In this document: one piece after another, positions 23,800-37,700 of the stretch
Layout of the letters: the number at the start of each line of letters is the position of its first letter
Position numbering within the stretch: the stretch's first letter is position 1
NCBI GenBank assembly: GCA_964016885.1
Contig: OZ024743.1
Location: 63,798,001-63,862,000, forward strand
Direction of reading: 5' to 3'
Length of the DNA stretch: 64,000 nt
DNA from: Eledone cirrhosa
Lineage: Eukaryota
The notes under the pieces: generated by a model
What the model saw: only the letters and a program-made list of their open reading frames with translations
Told to the model about the DNA's origin: nothing
The model's database searches: none
Made by a program: the position numbers and the translations under genes

Positions 23800-26700
23800 C
23801 ACGCTATACAATGCAACACAATAACACACCACACTACACTAACCTACACTACACCAAACCAAATTATACCATACCTTGGTAAATTTATGATAGGTTTCCA
23901 TGTTATAACTACACCAAACTAAACTACACCAAACTAAACCATACCAAACTACACCAAACTAAACCATACCAAACCACACCATAACAAACTACACCATACT
24001 ACATCACACCATGTTATTGAACTCAGTGTGAAAAATGTTCTTCCTGCTTTTTTTGTCTTTTTTTTGTGTGTGTGCTTACCACCCAATCTGACATTAAAAG
24101 TGTTCGCAATTAACTATTTTTTGCACATATTATCAATAAAGACTTTGAAACCTGTTGAAAATGACTAGCTTTGTAGAAAAAAGAGGGCGGTACGTGGGTG
24201 GAAATACCATTCACAAAGCTTGTCATTTTTGATTGCAGTGAAAGTCATATTTGTTGTTAATATGGTAATGGAAGCTCATGGCTTAGTGGTGAGAGCATTG
24301 GCCTTGCAATCGAAAGGTTGTGAGTTCAATTCTCAGACCAGGTGGTGTGTTGTTTCCTTGAGCAAGACACTTTATTTCACATTGCTCCAATTTACTCAGC
24401 TGTAGAAATGAGATGATAGGGACCCCAGTCCCTATCATTCCACGGCAAAAACCACCCAGCACTCACTGTAAATGAGGTTGGTGTTAGGAAGGGCATCCAG
24501 CTGTAGAAATCAAGCCAAAATCAGTTCCCGTCCCACCCTTGCAAGTAGGGAAAAGTGGACGTAAAATGATGATGATGGTAAAAGCATAGTCGGCTGTGAG
24601 CATGTTGGAGGTTGGAAAACCATACCACATTAAACTACATCAAACTACACTATACTACATCACACCATGCTATTAATCTCAGTGAGAACATTTTTCTTCC
24701 TGTTTTTGGTTTTTTTTCTGTGTGTGTGTACTTACCACCCAATCTGATATCAAAGGTGCTCACGAATGACTATTTTTTTTACACATTATCAATGTATATA
24801 ACATAGAAACCTATCATTTGCAATAGGTTCCCATGTCATAACTACAACAATCCAAACCACACCATAACAAACTACACCATTCTACATCACACCATGCTTT
24901 TGATCTCAGTGTGAAAAATTTTCTTACTGTTTCATTTCTTTTTTTTTGTGTGTTCTTACCACCCAATCTGACATCAAAGGTGCTGCAATTGACTATTTTT
25001 CGCACATATTATCAATAATTATGACATGGAAACCTGTCGAAAATGACTAGTTTTGTAGAAAATAGAGGGAGGATGTGGGTGGAAATACCATTTACAAAGC
25101 TAGTCATTTTTTATTGCAGCGGAAGTCATATTTTTTGATAATATGCTAAAAGCATAGTCCACTGCGAGCTTCTTGGAAGTTGTATTAGTTGATAGCACAT
25201 GCAAAAGTGAAGGAAAAAATTTTTTTCTTACATAAATCAAAGTGGAAATTTAATTCCTCACTTATAACAAAGCACACCACACCACATTAATCTACCCCAA
25301 ACCACACCATATCAATCTACCCCAAACCACACCATATCAATCTACCCCAAACCACACCATATCAAACAGCACCATATTATGGTAAATTTATTAAATAACA
25401 CCTGCTCCTATCATTTACATCACACCATGGTATAGACATCAATGTGACAAATTTGCTACCTGCTTCTTTTTTTTGTGGTGCTTGCAAATGACTGTTTCCC
25501 CCACACATTATCAATGAATATGACATGGGAATCTATCCTTTACAATTGGTTTCCATTTCATAACTTCATCAAACCACACCATACCATGTTACACCATACT
25601 ACATCACACCAAGCTATTGATCTTGGTGTGAGACATTTTTTTCCCCCATTTCCTTTTTTTTTTTCTGTGTGCTTACTACCCAATCTGACATTAAAGGTGC
25701 TCCCAATTTACTTTTTTTTTCACATATCAATAATTATGACATGGAAACCTGTCGAAAATGACTATCTTTGTAGAAACTTCACCAAACCACACCATACTAC
25801 ATCATACCTAGCTATTGATTTTGGTGTGACAAATTTTCATTTGGCATTTTTTTTTTTTTTTTTTTTTTTTTTTTGTGTGCTTACCACCCAATTTGACATA
25901 AATTGTGCTCGCACATTACTATTTTATATACATATTATCAATGGTTATGACATGGAAACCTGATGAAAATGACTAGCTTTGTAGAAAAAAGAGGGAGGAT
26001 GTGGGTGGAAATACCATTTACAAAGCTAGGCATTTTTTATTGGAGCAGAAGTCATATTTTTTGTTAATATGCTAAAAGCAAAGTCCACTGCGAGCTTCTT
26101 GGAAGTTGATAGCACATGCAAAAATGAAGGAAACATTTTTTTTCTAACATAAATCAAAGTGGAAATTTAAATCCTCACTTATAACAAAGCACACCACAGC
26201 ACATTAATCTACCCCAATCCACACCATAACCATACTTCACTATATGGTAAATTTATTACAAAACACCTACTCTTACCATTTACATCACACCATGGTATGG
26301 ACATCAATGTGACAAATTTGCTACCTGCTTTTTTTTTTTTTGTGGTTACCACCTCAAACTAACATCAAAGGTGCTTGCAAATTACTATTTCCCCCACACA
26401 TTATCAATGAATATGACATGGGAATCTATCGTTTACAATTGGTTTCCATTTCATAACTTCACCAAACCACACCATACCAAGTTACACAATACTACATCGT
26501 ACCAAGCTATTGATCTTTGTGTGAAAAATTTTCTTCCGGTTTCCTTTTTTTTTTGTGTGTGTGTGCTTACCACCCAATCTGACATAAAGGTGCTCCCAAT
26601 TGACTATTTTTTTTCCACTTATCAATAACTATGTCATGGAAACCTGTCGAAAATGACTATCGTTGTTGAAACTTCACCAAACCACACCAAACCACACCAT

Positions 26701-29700
26701 ACTACATCACACCAAGCTATTGATTTTGGTGTGACAAATTTTCATTTGGCATTTTTTTTTTTTTTTTTTTTTTTTTGTGTTTACCACCCAATTTGACATA
26801 AATTGTGCTCGCACATTACTATTTTATGCACATATTATCAATGGTTATGACATAGAAACCTGATGAAAATGACTAGCTTTGTAGAAAAAAGAGGGAGGAT
26901 GTGGGTGGAAATACCATTTACAAAGCTAGGCATTTTTTATTGGAGCAGAAGTCATATTTTTTGTTAATATGCTAAAAGCAAAGTCCACTGCGAGCTTCTT
27001 GGAAGTTGATAGCACATGCAAAAATGAAGGAAACATTTTTTTTCTAACATAAATCAAAGTGGAAATTTAAATCCTCACTTATAACAAAGCACACCACAGC
27101 ACATTAATCTACCCCAATCCACACCATAACCATACTTCACTATATGGTAAATTTATTACAAAACACCTACTCTTACCATTTACATCACACCATGGTATGG
27201 ACATCAATGTGACAAATTTGCTACCTGCTTTTTTTCTTTTTGTGGGTACCACCTCAAACTAACATCAAAGGTGCTTGCAAATTACTATTTCCCCCACACA
27301 TTATCAATGAATATGACATGGGAATCTATCGTTTACAATTGGTTTCCATTTCATAACTTCACCAAACCACACCATACCAAGTTACACAATACTACATCGT
27401 ACCAAGCTATTGATCTTTGTGTGAAAAATTTTCTTCCGGTTTCCTTTTTTTTTTGTGTGTGTGTGCTTACCACCCAATCTGACATAAAGGTGCTCCCAAT
27501 TGACTATTTTTTTTCCACTTATCAATAACTATGTCATGGAAACCTGTCGAAAATGACTATCGTTGTTGAAACTTCACCAAACCACACCAAACCACACCAT
27601 ACTACATCACACCAAGCTATTGATTTTGGTGTGACAAATTTTCATTTGGCATTTTTTTTTTTTTTTTTTTTTTTTTTTGTTTACCACCCAATTTGACATA
27701 AATTGTGCTCGCACATTACTATTTTATGCACATATTATCAATGGTTATGACATAGAAACCTGATGAAAATGACTAGCTTTGTAGAAAAAAGAGGGAGGAT
27801 GTGGGTGGAAATACCATTTACAAAGCTAGCCATTTTTTATTGGAGCAGAAGTCATATTTTTTGTTAATATGCTAAAAGCAAAGTCCACTGCGAGCTTCTT
27901 GGAAGTTGATAGCACATGCAAAAATGAAGGAAACATTTTTTTTCTAACATAAATCAAAGTGGAAATTTAAATCCTCACTTATAACAAAGCACACAACAGC
28001 ACATTAATCTACCCGCAATACACACCATAACCATACTTCACTATATGGTAAATTTATTACAAAACACCTACTCTTACCATTTACATCACACCATGGTATG
28101 GACATCAATGTGACAAATTTGCTACCTGCTTTTATTTTTTTGTGGTTACCACCTCAAACTAACATCAAAGGTGCTTGCAAATGACTATTTTCCCACACAT
28201 TATCAATGAAGATGACATGGGAATCTATCGTTTACAATTGGTTTCCATTTCAGAACTTCACCAAACCAAGCTATTTATCTTGGTGTGAAACATTTTCTTC
28301 CCGTTTCCTTTTTTTTTTTCTGTGTGTGCTTACCACCCAATCTGACATTAAAGGTGCTCCCAATTGACTATTTTTTTTTCCACTTATCAATAATTATCAC
28401 ATGTAAACCTGTCGAAAATGACTATCTTTGTAGAAACTTCACCAAACCACACCATACTACATCATACCTAGCTATTGATTTTGGTGTGACAAATTTTCAA
28501 CTGGCAATTTTTTTTTATTTATTTTTTTTTTTTGTGCTTACCACCCAATTTGACATAAATGGTGCTCGTAAATTACTATTTTATATACATATAATCAATG
28601 GTTATGACATGGAAACCTGATGAAAATGACTAGCTTTGTAGAAAAAAGAGGGAGGATGTGGGTAGAAATACCATTTACAAAGCTAAGCATTTTTTATTGC
28701 AGCAGAAGTCATATTTTTTGTTAATATGCTAAAAGCATAGTCCACTGCGAGCATCTTGCAAGTTGATAGCACATGCAAAAATGAAGGAAAAACTTTTTTT
28801 CTAACATAAATCAAAGTGGAAATTTAAATCCTCACTTATAACAAAGCACACCACAGCACATTAATCTACCCCAATCCACACCATAACCATACTTCACTAT
28901 ATGGTAAATTTATTACAAAACACCTACTCTTACCATTTACATCACACCATGGTATGGACATCAATGTGACAAATTTGCTACCTGCTTTTTTTTTTTTTGT
29001 GGTTACCACCTCAAACTAACATCAAAGGTGCTTGCAAATTACTATTTCCCCCACACATTATCAATGAATATGACATGGGAATCTATCGTTTACAATTGGT
29101 TTCCATTTCATAACTTCACCAAACCACACCATACCATGTTACACCATACTACATCGCACCAAGCTATTGATCTTGGTGTGAAACATTTTCTTCCGGTTTC
29201 CTTTTTTTTTTTGTGTGTGTGTGCTTACCACCCAATCTGACATAAAGGTGCTCCCAATTGACTATTTTTTTTTCCACTTATCAATAACTATGTCATGGAA
29301 ACCTGTCGAAAATGACTATCGTTGTTGAAACTTCACCAAACCACACCAAACCACACCATACTACATCACACCAAGCTATTGATTTTGGTGTGACAAATTT
29401 TCAGTTGGCATTTTTTTTTTTTTTTTTTTTTTTTTTTTGTGTTTACCACCCAATTTGACATAAATTGTGCTCGCACATTACTATTTTATGCACATATTAT
29501 CAATGGTTATGACATAGAAACCTGATGAAAATGACTAGCTTTGTAGAAAAAAGAGGGAGGATGTGGGTGGAAATACCATTTACAAAGCTAGCCATTTTTT
29601 ATTGGAGCAGAAGTCATATTTTTTATTAATATGCTAAAAGCAAAGTCCACTGCGAGCATCTTGGAAGTTGATAGCACATGCAAAAATGAAGGAAACATTT

Positions 29701-31440
29701 TTTTTCTAACATAAATCAAAGTGGAAATTTAAATCCTCACTTATAACAAAGCACACAACAGCACATTAATCTACCCGCAATACACACCATAACCATACTT
29801 CACTATATGGTAAATTTATTACAAAACACCTACTCTTACCATTTACATCACACCATGGTATGGACATCAATGTGACAAATTTGCTACCTGCTTTTATTTT
29901 TTTGTGGTTACCACCTCAAACTAACATCAAAGGTGCTTGCAAATGACTATTTTCCCACACACTATCAATGAAGATGACATGGGAATCTATCGTTTACAAT
30001 TGGTTTCCATTTCAGAACTTCACCAAACCAAGCTATTTATCTTGGTGTGAAACATTTTCTTCCCGTTTCCTTTTTTTTTTTCTGTGTGTGCTTACCACCC
30101 AATCTGACATTAAAGGTGCTCCCAATTGACTATTTTTTTTCCACTTATCAATAATTATCACATGTAAACCTGTCGAAAATGACTATCTTTGTAGAAACTT
30201 CACCAAACCACACCATACTACATCATACCTAGCTATTGATTTTGGTGTGACAAATTTTCAACCGGCAATTTTTTTTTATTTTTTTTTTTTTTTGTGCTTA
30301 CCACCCAATTTGACATAAATGGTGCTCGTAAATTACTATTTTATATACATATTATCAATGGTTATGACATGGAAACCTGATGAAAATGACTAGCTTTGTA
30401 GAAAAAAGAGGGAGGATGTGGGTAGAAATACCATTTACAAAGCTAGGCATTTTTTATTGCAGCAGAAGTCATATTTTTTGTTAATATGCTAAAAGCATAG
30501 TCCACTGCGAGCATCTTGCAAGTTGATAGCACATGCAAAAATGAAGGAAAAACTTTTTTTCTAACATAAATCAAAGTGGAAATTTAAATCCTCACTTATA
30601 ACAAAGCACACCACAGCACATTAATCTACCCCAATCCACACCATAACCATACTTCACTATATGGTAAATTTATTACAAAACACCTACTCTTACCATTTAC
30701 ACAACACCATGGTATGGACATCAATGTGACAAATTTGCTACCTGCTTTTTTTTTTTTTTTGTGGTTACCACCTCAAACTAACATCAAAGGTGCTTGCAAA
30801 TTACTATTTCCCCCACACATTATCAATGAATATGACATGGGAATCTATCGTTTACAATTGGTTTCCATTTCATAACTTCACCAAACCAAACCATACCAAG
30901 TTACACCATACTTCATCGCACCAAGCTATTGATCTTTGTGTGAAAAATTTTCTTCCCGTTTCTTTTTTTTTTTTGTGTGTGTGCTTACCACCCAATCTGA
31001 CATTAAATGTGCTCCCAATTGACTATTTTTTTTTCCACTTATCAATAACTATGTCATGGAGACCTGTTGAAAATGACTATTGTTGTAGAAACTTCACCAA
31101 ACCACACCATACTACATCACGCCAAGCTATTGATTTTGGTGTGACAAATTTTCATTTGGCATTTTTTTTTTTTTTTTTTTTTTTGTGTGCTTACCACCCA
31201 ATTTGACATAAATTGTGCTCGCAAATTACTATTTTATGCACATATTATCAATTGTTATGACATGGAAACCTGATGAAAGTGAAAAACCTGACGTAGAAAA
31301 AAGAGGGAGGATGTGGGTGGAAATACCATTTACAAAGCTAGCCATTTTTTATTGCAGTGGAAATCATATTTGTTGTTAATATGCTAAAAAAATAGTCAAT
31401 TGCAAGCATTTTGGAGGTCGGATTAGTTGATAGGACATAA
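23800..31440. repeat. ~900-bp satellite array (~8 monomers) built from ~180-bp subrepeats
   Basis: Anchor gtagaaaa..gaggg at 24173, 25055, 25981, 26881, 27781, 28638, 29543, 30398, 31293. Confidence 0.95.
24270..24577 (+). mobile_element. tRNA-derived SINE with CORE-like domain and RTE-derived 3' tail, inserted in the satellite
   Basis: A-box tggcttagtgg, B-box gttcaattc, tccttgagcaagacactt core, tail gttaggaagggcatccagctgtag..gacgtaaaatgatgatg. Confidence 0.8.
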
Positions 31441-31532
31441 AAAAACAAAGGAAAACAAATATTGTCTATATGTTCCTGTGGAAAGTCGGGTCTTCTGTAT
31501 TACTGTGTGCAATTGGGAAAGGTCGGCTTAGA

Positions 31533-32095
31533 AATATTTACTTCTGCGTTCACAGATTGATTTTTTTTTTAGTTTCAGAAGATCCCATTAAGGGTGAAAG
31601 CAGCCGATTCTTTGCTTAAACTTTAATCTGTTATTTTAATAAATATTTGCTCTACGGTTCTTATATATTTGATATATATTTATCCTTATCGAGCCCTCTT
31701 TGGATGTTAGTCTTCAAATTTATTATTATTACTATTTGGCTCCCTTGATTGAGTACTCTATTGACTTATATTCATCATGCAGAAACAACATCTGAATATT
31801 TCTACAAAGAACATACCGTATCAAGCAGGAAGAAATACCTAAAACTACGTCTCCACGAACCAAAGTATCGCCTTCCTGTCTTCCTTTGGTTGCAACATTT
31901 TTCGAAATATTTACTTCTGCGTTCACAGATTGATTTTTTTTTTTTTTTTTTTAGTTTCAGAAGATCCCATTAAGGGTGAAAGCAGCCGATTCTTTGCTTA
32001 AACTTTAATCTGTTATTTTAATAAATATTTGCTCTACGGTTCTTATATATTTGATATATATTTATCCTTATCAAGCCCTCTTTGGATTTTAGTCT
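31533..32095 (+). mobile_element. Internally deleted mini-Penelope: pseudo-LTR, ORF start remnant, pseudo-LTR
   Basis: ~185-bp direct repeats (31533-31716, 31907-32097). 31853-32022 matches the 3' end of the Penelope at 54928-55083. Spacer encodes MQKQHLNISTKNIP../SRKKYLKL, resembling a PLE N-terminus. Confidence 0.7.
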
Positions 32096-34552
32096 TCATC
32101 ATCATCATCATCTTCATCATCGTTTAACGTCCATGTTCCACGCTTGCATGGGTTTGGACGGGAGTTTTCCCACTTGAGGCAAGAGTGGTTGTCTTGCTCG
32201 CATAGGACTGTCTGGCGGGTTTTCTACAGTTGGATGCCCTTCCTAACACCAACCACATTTACAGTGTGGGGCTGGGAGGTTTTTACCGTGTTGCCTACAC
32301 AGCCACATTACAGCGTGGACTGTCTGGCGGGTTTTCTACAGCTGGATGCCCTTCCTAACACCAACCACATTTACAGTGTGGGACTGGGAGGTTTTTACCG
32401 TCTTACCTACACGGCCACATTACAGCGTGGACTGTGTGTTTTTTTTTTGTCATGACACCTACACGATCTCATGTTTCGGCCTGGATGTTGTGGCACCAAC
32501 ATAACTTTATATTGAAAGGGATGGGGTGGGGGTGGTGGGACGAGGGTGTATTTTGTTAGAGATGACTGCTGTCTGTAGTAGGTTTTACTTTGTATTTAGG
32601 TAAGGCGGGTCTTCTCTATTACTGAGTACCGCCAAAGGTCTCGGTCCAGTGACATTGTCTTGGAGAGGTGTAAGTTTGTGAGGTCGGAATTTATCAGCTC
32701 GTCCCATGTTTTTCTGGGTCTGCCTACTCCGTGGCTACCACCTATCTTTATTGCCCTGCACTTTGCTATACAGCTGTCGTCTTTCATGCGCATCACGTGA
32801 CCATACCAACTTAGCCTTCTCTCGAGTAAACAACATCTGATCCCTCTTATTTCTAATTTTTTCCTTAGTTCGTTTATGCTTTGCCATTCACGTATATTAC
32901 TATTACACATCCAGCGGAGCATGCAAGCTTCGTTCCTCTCTAGTCTGCGTATATCCTCTGCACACAATGCCCAGGTCTCACTGCCATGCAACATTGCTGT
33001 TTGTATGCAGGCATCATACAACCTGCCTTTCATTTTTAGGGAGAACCCTTTAGCGGCTAATAGCGGTATAAGCTCTCTGAACTTTTTCCATCCAGTTCTG
33101 ACTCTAGCTACTGTACTTTCAGAGCACCCTCCCCCACTGCTGATTTTGTCACCCAGGTAACGGAAGCTGTCCACTATTTCTATAGAACCCTCGACGCAAT
33201 TGAAAGAGCTAGTATTTTGTGGGCACTTGCTGCTACTTATTGCACCAGAGCACCGGCCACATGTAAAATCTGTGTTCTTAGTTAGCTTACCTGTGATCCC
33301 ACTACATCTTTTATGCACCCATACTTTGCATTTGGGACATAAAATGAGTTTCTACCTACGCCTTTCCTACACACTGAGCATGGCCATTTCCCGGCAGGGA
33401 CCGGCGCCTTATTTTCTTTGCTACAAACTAGAACTTTAGTCTTAGCCAGGTTAATTTTAAGGCCTTTTGATTCTAGGCCGTGCTTCCATGTTTGGAATTT
33501 CTTCTCTAGCTCGGCCATTGATTCAGCTATGAGCGTTAGATCATCTGCGTATAGAAGTTCCCATGGGCAGCCGGTCTTGAACTCCTCTGTTATAGCCTGA
33601 AGGGCAATAATAAATAGTAGGGGGCTAAGAACAGAGCCCTGATGGACACCAATTTTACGCTAAACTCTTCACTATATTTGTTGTTAATTCTAACCTTGCT
33701 GACTGTTTCTTTATACATGGCTTGTATAGCTCTCACAAGACATTCGTCAATACCTAGTTTTCTAAGAGCCCACCAGATAATGGAACGGGGGACTCTGTCG
33801 AAGGCTTTCTCCAAGTCGACAAAGGCTAAGTATAGGGGTTTACTTTTAGCTAGGTACTTCTCCTGTAGTTGTCGTACAATGAAAAGAGCGTCTGTGGTAC
33901 TTTTGCCTGACACAAACCCGAACTGCATTTCATCTAGATCGATTCTCTCTCTGATTAGTTGCACTATAACTTTTTCCATGACCTTCATGACCTGGTCGAT
34001 TAATTTAATGCCTCTATAGTTACTCCTATCTAGGGCGTCTCCTTTACCCTTGTAACAGTTAATGATGATGCTGCTACGCCAGTCCTTCGGAACAACCCCA
34101 TTCTGTATGACTTGGTTTACTATCCGGGTGACCATGGTGTGTCCCACCATTCCAGAGGCTTTCAGCATCTCAGCAACTATTTCCGAAGGCCCAGTCGCCT
34201 TACCCGTCTTCATATCTTTGATTGCCTTACTTATTATACTACCTTCAACTAACACTGCTGGTCCCTCTATTGGATCGATCTGGGGGAGACTATCCTTCTC
34301 CCATTTATTCTCCTCATTTAGTAGCCTCTCGTAGTGACACTTCCAAGCGACCTTCTTATCAGCGTCAGTGATGGCGAGTACGCCATCATCATTTAGTACA
34401 CACTTCTCCCCAACAATATTACGGTTTTCCTTGACACATTGCCTAGCAATCCTGAACACCTCACGTTTTTGGTCCTCGCGTTGTAGAACATGCTTGAACT
34501 TTCTTTCCTCTGCTTCCCTTCTTGCGAAGTACACTTGCCTCCTAGCTCCTGG
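32096..34552 (-). mobile_element. RTE LINE, 5'-truncated, RT with frameshifts
   Basis: ORFs 33590..34615 (FVDLEKAFDRVPR), 33282..33518 and 32596..33318; YADD at ~33545; (cat)n tail at ~32096; duplicated segment in 3' UTR. Confidence 0.93.
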
Positions 34553-34559
34553 AGGTGCA

Positions 34560-34700
34560 ACGGCAAAAAAGCACCCAGCACTCACTGTAAATGAGGCTGG
34601 TGTTAGGAAGGGCATCCAGCTGTAGAAATCGAGCCAGAATCAGTTCCCGTCCCACCCTTGCAAGCAAGGAAAAAGTGGACGTAAAATGAAATGATGATGA
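34560..34700 (+). mobile_element. RTE/SINE 3' tail fragment
   Basis: Same tail as the SINE at 24440-24577. Confidence 0.75.
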
Positions 34701-37700
34701 ATGCTCCCAGCTGTGGTCACTCCATAGTATCAAACTAACCATGGAGCTTGAAGCAATCCAATGAAGCTACACCAAGAAGGCTGCCACGATGAAGGAGATA
34801 AACTACTGGGAGCGTCTAAAAGAACTGAAACTCTACTCCTCGGAATGAAGACGGGAGAGATATGCAATGATATCATTTTCTTCTTGTCTCCCCACCCTTC
34901 GGTTCATCCATCCATATATCTGTATAATCGCCCAGAATCCAATCCTACTTTCTCAATGCTATTCTATAATTCTGTCTGGCTGTTCTACATAATCTTGTGT
35001 ATTTTAAAATCCCAGTATATCGCTTGTTACTGTTTATTGCTTTATTTAAAACCTTCTCCTCGCTAACTACCGCATACCCCTCTCGCCCGCCCCCACTCTC
35101 CACCACTATTATTTGGACCAATCATGAGTCAGCGGCCTATGCTATCACTTCTCCTGGTTGTTTTTCGATATGATGGATGGTCTAAGGAATTTCTGGAGAG
35201 TCTGAAGAATCTGGACACTCGGAGACAATGCCAAAGATAAAGACAAATTCACCTCATGCTGCCGGACGAGAATGCAAGGACTCCTCCTCTTTGTTTCGGC
35301 CGCGGATGGCCAACATAACCCCAGCCCCATCCCTCTCACCCCTCCCTTTGCCCCACCCACCAAACGCAATCCAAAACTTCAGAGTTGGTACCATGAATGT
35401 AGGCACATTAAAAGGCCGCTCTAACGAGGTTGTAGAAATGCTTAAACGTAAGGAGGTTGGTGTTTGCTGTATCCAAGAGACCAGGTGGAGGGGCGGGTCT
35501 GCTAGATTCATTGTGGGTAAAAAACGATGCTATAAGCTTTTCTGGGTGGGAAATGACAATGGGCTGGGTGGGGTAGGAATCATGTTAGCAGAAAAATGGG
35601 TGGATAAGATAATAGACGTAAATAGGGTGAATGACAGAATAATTAAAATAAGACTTGTTTTAAATAGAACTACTGTGACAGTAATATCTGCGTACGCACC
35701 CCAATCCGGACTGCCTGGCGTTATAAAAGACAGATTCTATGAGACACTGGTGCTCACTACCTCTCAAATAACCAACAGTGACTACATAATTATTGCTGGC
35801 GACCTAAATGGACAACATTGTGATGGCTATGACGGAATCCATGGAGGCTATGGGTTTGGTACTAGAAATGAGGAAGGCTCCAGAATCCTGGAATTCTGTG
35901 ACGCAAATAACCTAACTATCTGTAACACTAACTTCAAAAAACAAGACAATCACTTGATCACCTACAGATCAGGGAAACACACCAGCCAGGTAGATTATAT
36001 CCTTACCAGAAAACGTGACAGAGTGTCTGTTGTAAACACTAAATCCCTCCCCCATGAAGAATGCACCTCCCAACATAGACTCATAATTAGCGACCTCATA
36101 GTCAGGACGAGACGTACTCGACAACAGAAGAGGACTATCCTCGGGAGAAAAATATGGAAGCTAAAGGACCCCACAACCAGTAATAAATTTAAAAGCATAT
36201 TACTTGATGCCTTCGACAGTAAGGAAGAGCAATTAGAATTGTACAATATAGAGGACCAGTGGGAAATCCTGAAAGCAAACCTGCTGATGGCAGCAGATGA
36301 AGTCTGTGGCTGGAGCAGACCTATAGGCAGGAGGAGAGTAACGTGGTGGTGGAACATTAAGGTGGAAGAGTCAAGGCCAAAAAGCAGGCTTGGAAAGTAT
36401 GGCGGGATAGGGGAAGTAGAGAAGACTATCAAGTGGCCAGGAGGGAAGCTAGGAGACAAGTGTACTTCGCAAGAAGGGAAGCAGAGGAAAGAAAGTTCAA
36501 GCATGTTTTACAACGCGAGGACCAAAAACGTGAGGTGTTCAGGATTGCTAGACAATGTGTCAAGGAAAACCGTGATATTGTACTTGCCATAACTGATGCT
36601 TATAAGAAGGTAGCTTGGAAGTGTCACTACGAAAGGCTACTAAATGAGGAGAATAAATGGGAGAATGACAGTCTCCCCCACATCGATCCAATAGAGGGAC
36701 CAGCAGTGTTAGTCAAAGGTAGTATAATAAGTAAGGCAATCAGAGATATGAAGACGGCTAAGGCGGCTGGGCCTTCGGAAATAGTTGCTGAAAGCTTCTG
36801 GAACGGTGGGACACACCATGGTCACCCGGATAGTAAACAAAGTAATACAGAATGGGGTTGTTCCAAAGGACTGGCGTAGCAGCATCATCATTAACTGCTA
36901 CAAGGGTAAAAGAGATGCCCTAGAGAGGGGTAACTACAGAGGCATTAAATTAATCGACCAGGTCATGAAGGTCACAGAAAAAGTAATAGCGCAACTAATC
37001 AGAGAGCGAATTGATCTAGATGAAATGCAGTTCGGGTTTGTGTCGGGTAAAAGTACGACAGACGCTCTTTTCATTGTACGACAGCTACAGGAGAAGTACC
37101 TAGCTAAAAGTAAACCCCTATACTTAGCTTTTGTCGACTTGGAGAAAGCCTTCGACGGTGAAGAGTTTAGCGTAAAAGTTGGTGTTCATCAGGGCTCCGT
37201 TCTTAGCCCCCTACTATTTATTATTGCCCTTCAGGCTATAACAGTGGAGTTCAAGACCGGCTGCGCATGGGAACTCCTATACGCAGATGATCTAACGCTC
37301 ATAGCTGAATCAATGGCTGAACTAGAGAAGAAATTCCAAATATGGAAGCATGGCCTAGAATCAAAAGGCCTTAAAATTAACCTGTCTAAGACTAAAGTTC
37401 TAGTTTGTAGGAAGGAAAATAGGGCACCGGTCGCATCCGGGAAATGGCCATGCTCAGTGTGTAGGAAAGGCGTAGGTAGAAACTCCATTTTATGTCCCAA
37501 ATGCAAAGTATGGGTGCATAAAAGATGTAGTGGGATCACAGGTAAGCTAACTAAGAATATAGATTTTATTTGTGGCCGGTGCTCTGGTGCAATAAGTAGC
37601 AACAAGTGCCCACATAATACTAGCTCCTTCCATTGCACAGATGGTTCTATAGAAATAGTGGACACCTTCCGTTACTTGGGTGACAAAATCAGCAGTGGTG

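Noticed and set aside
24270-24345. tRNA gene (also 45670-45730 and 45860-45930)
   Set aside because: Degenerate tRNA-like SINE heads without a full cloverleaf.
25958-25992. CTGATGA...GAAA in each satellite monomer
   Set aside because: No convincing stems I-III, and sister subrepeats read cctgtcgaaa; not a hammerhead.
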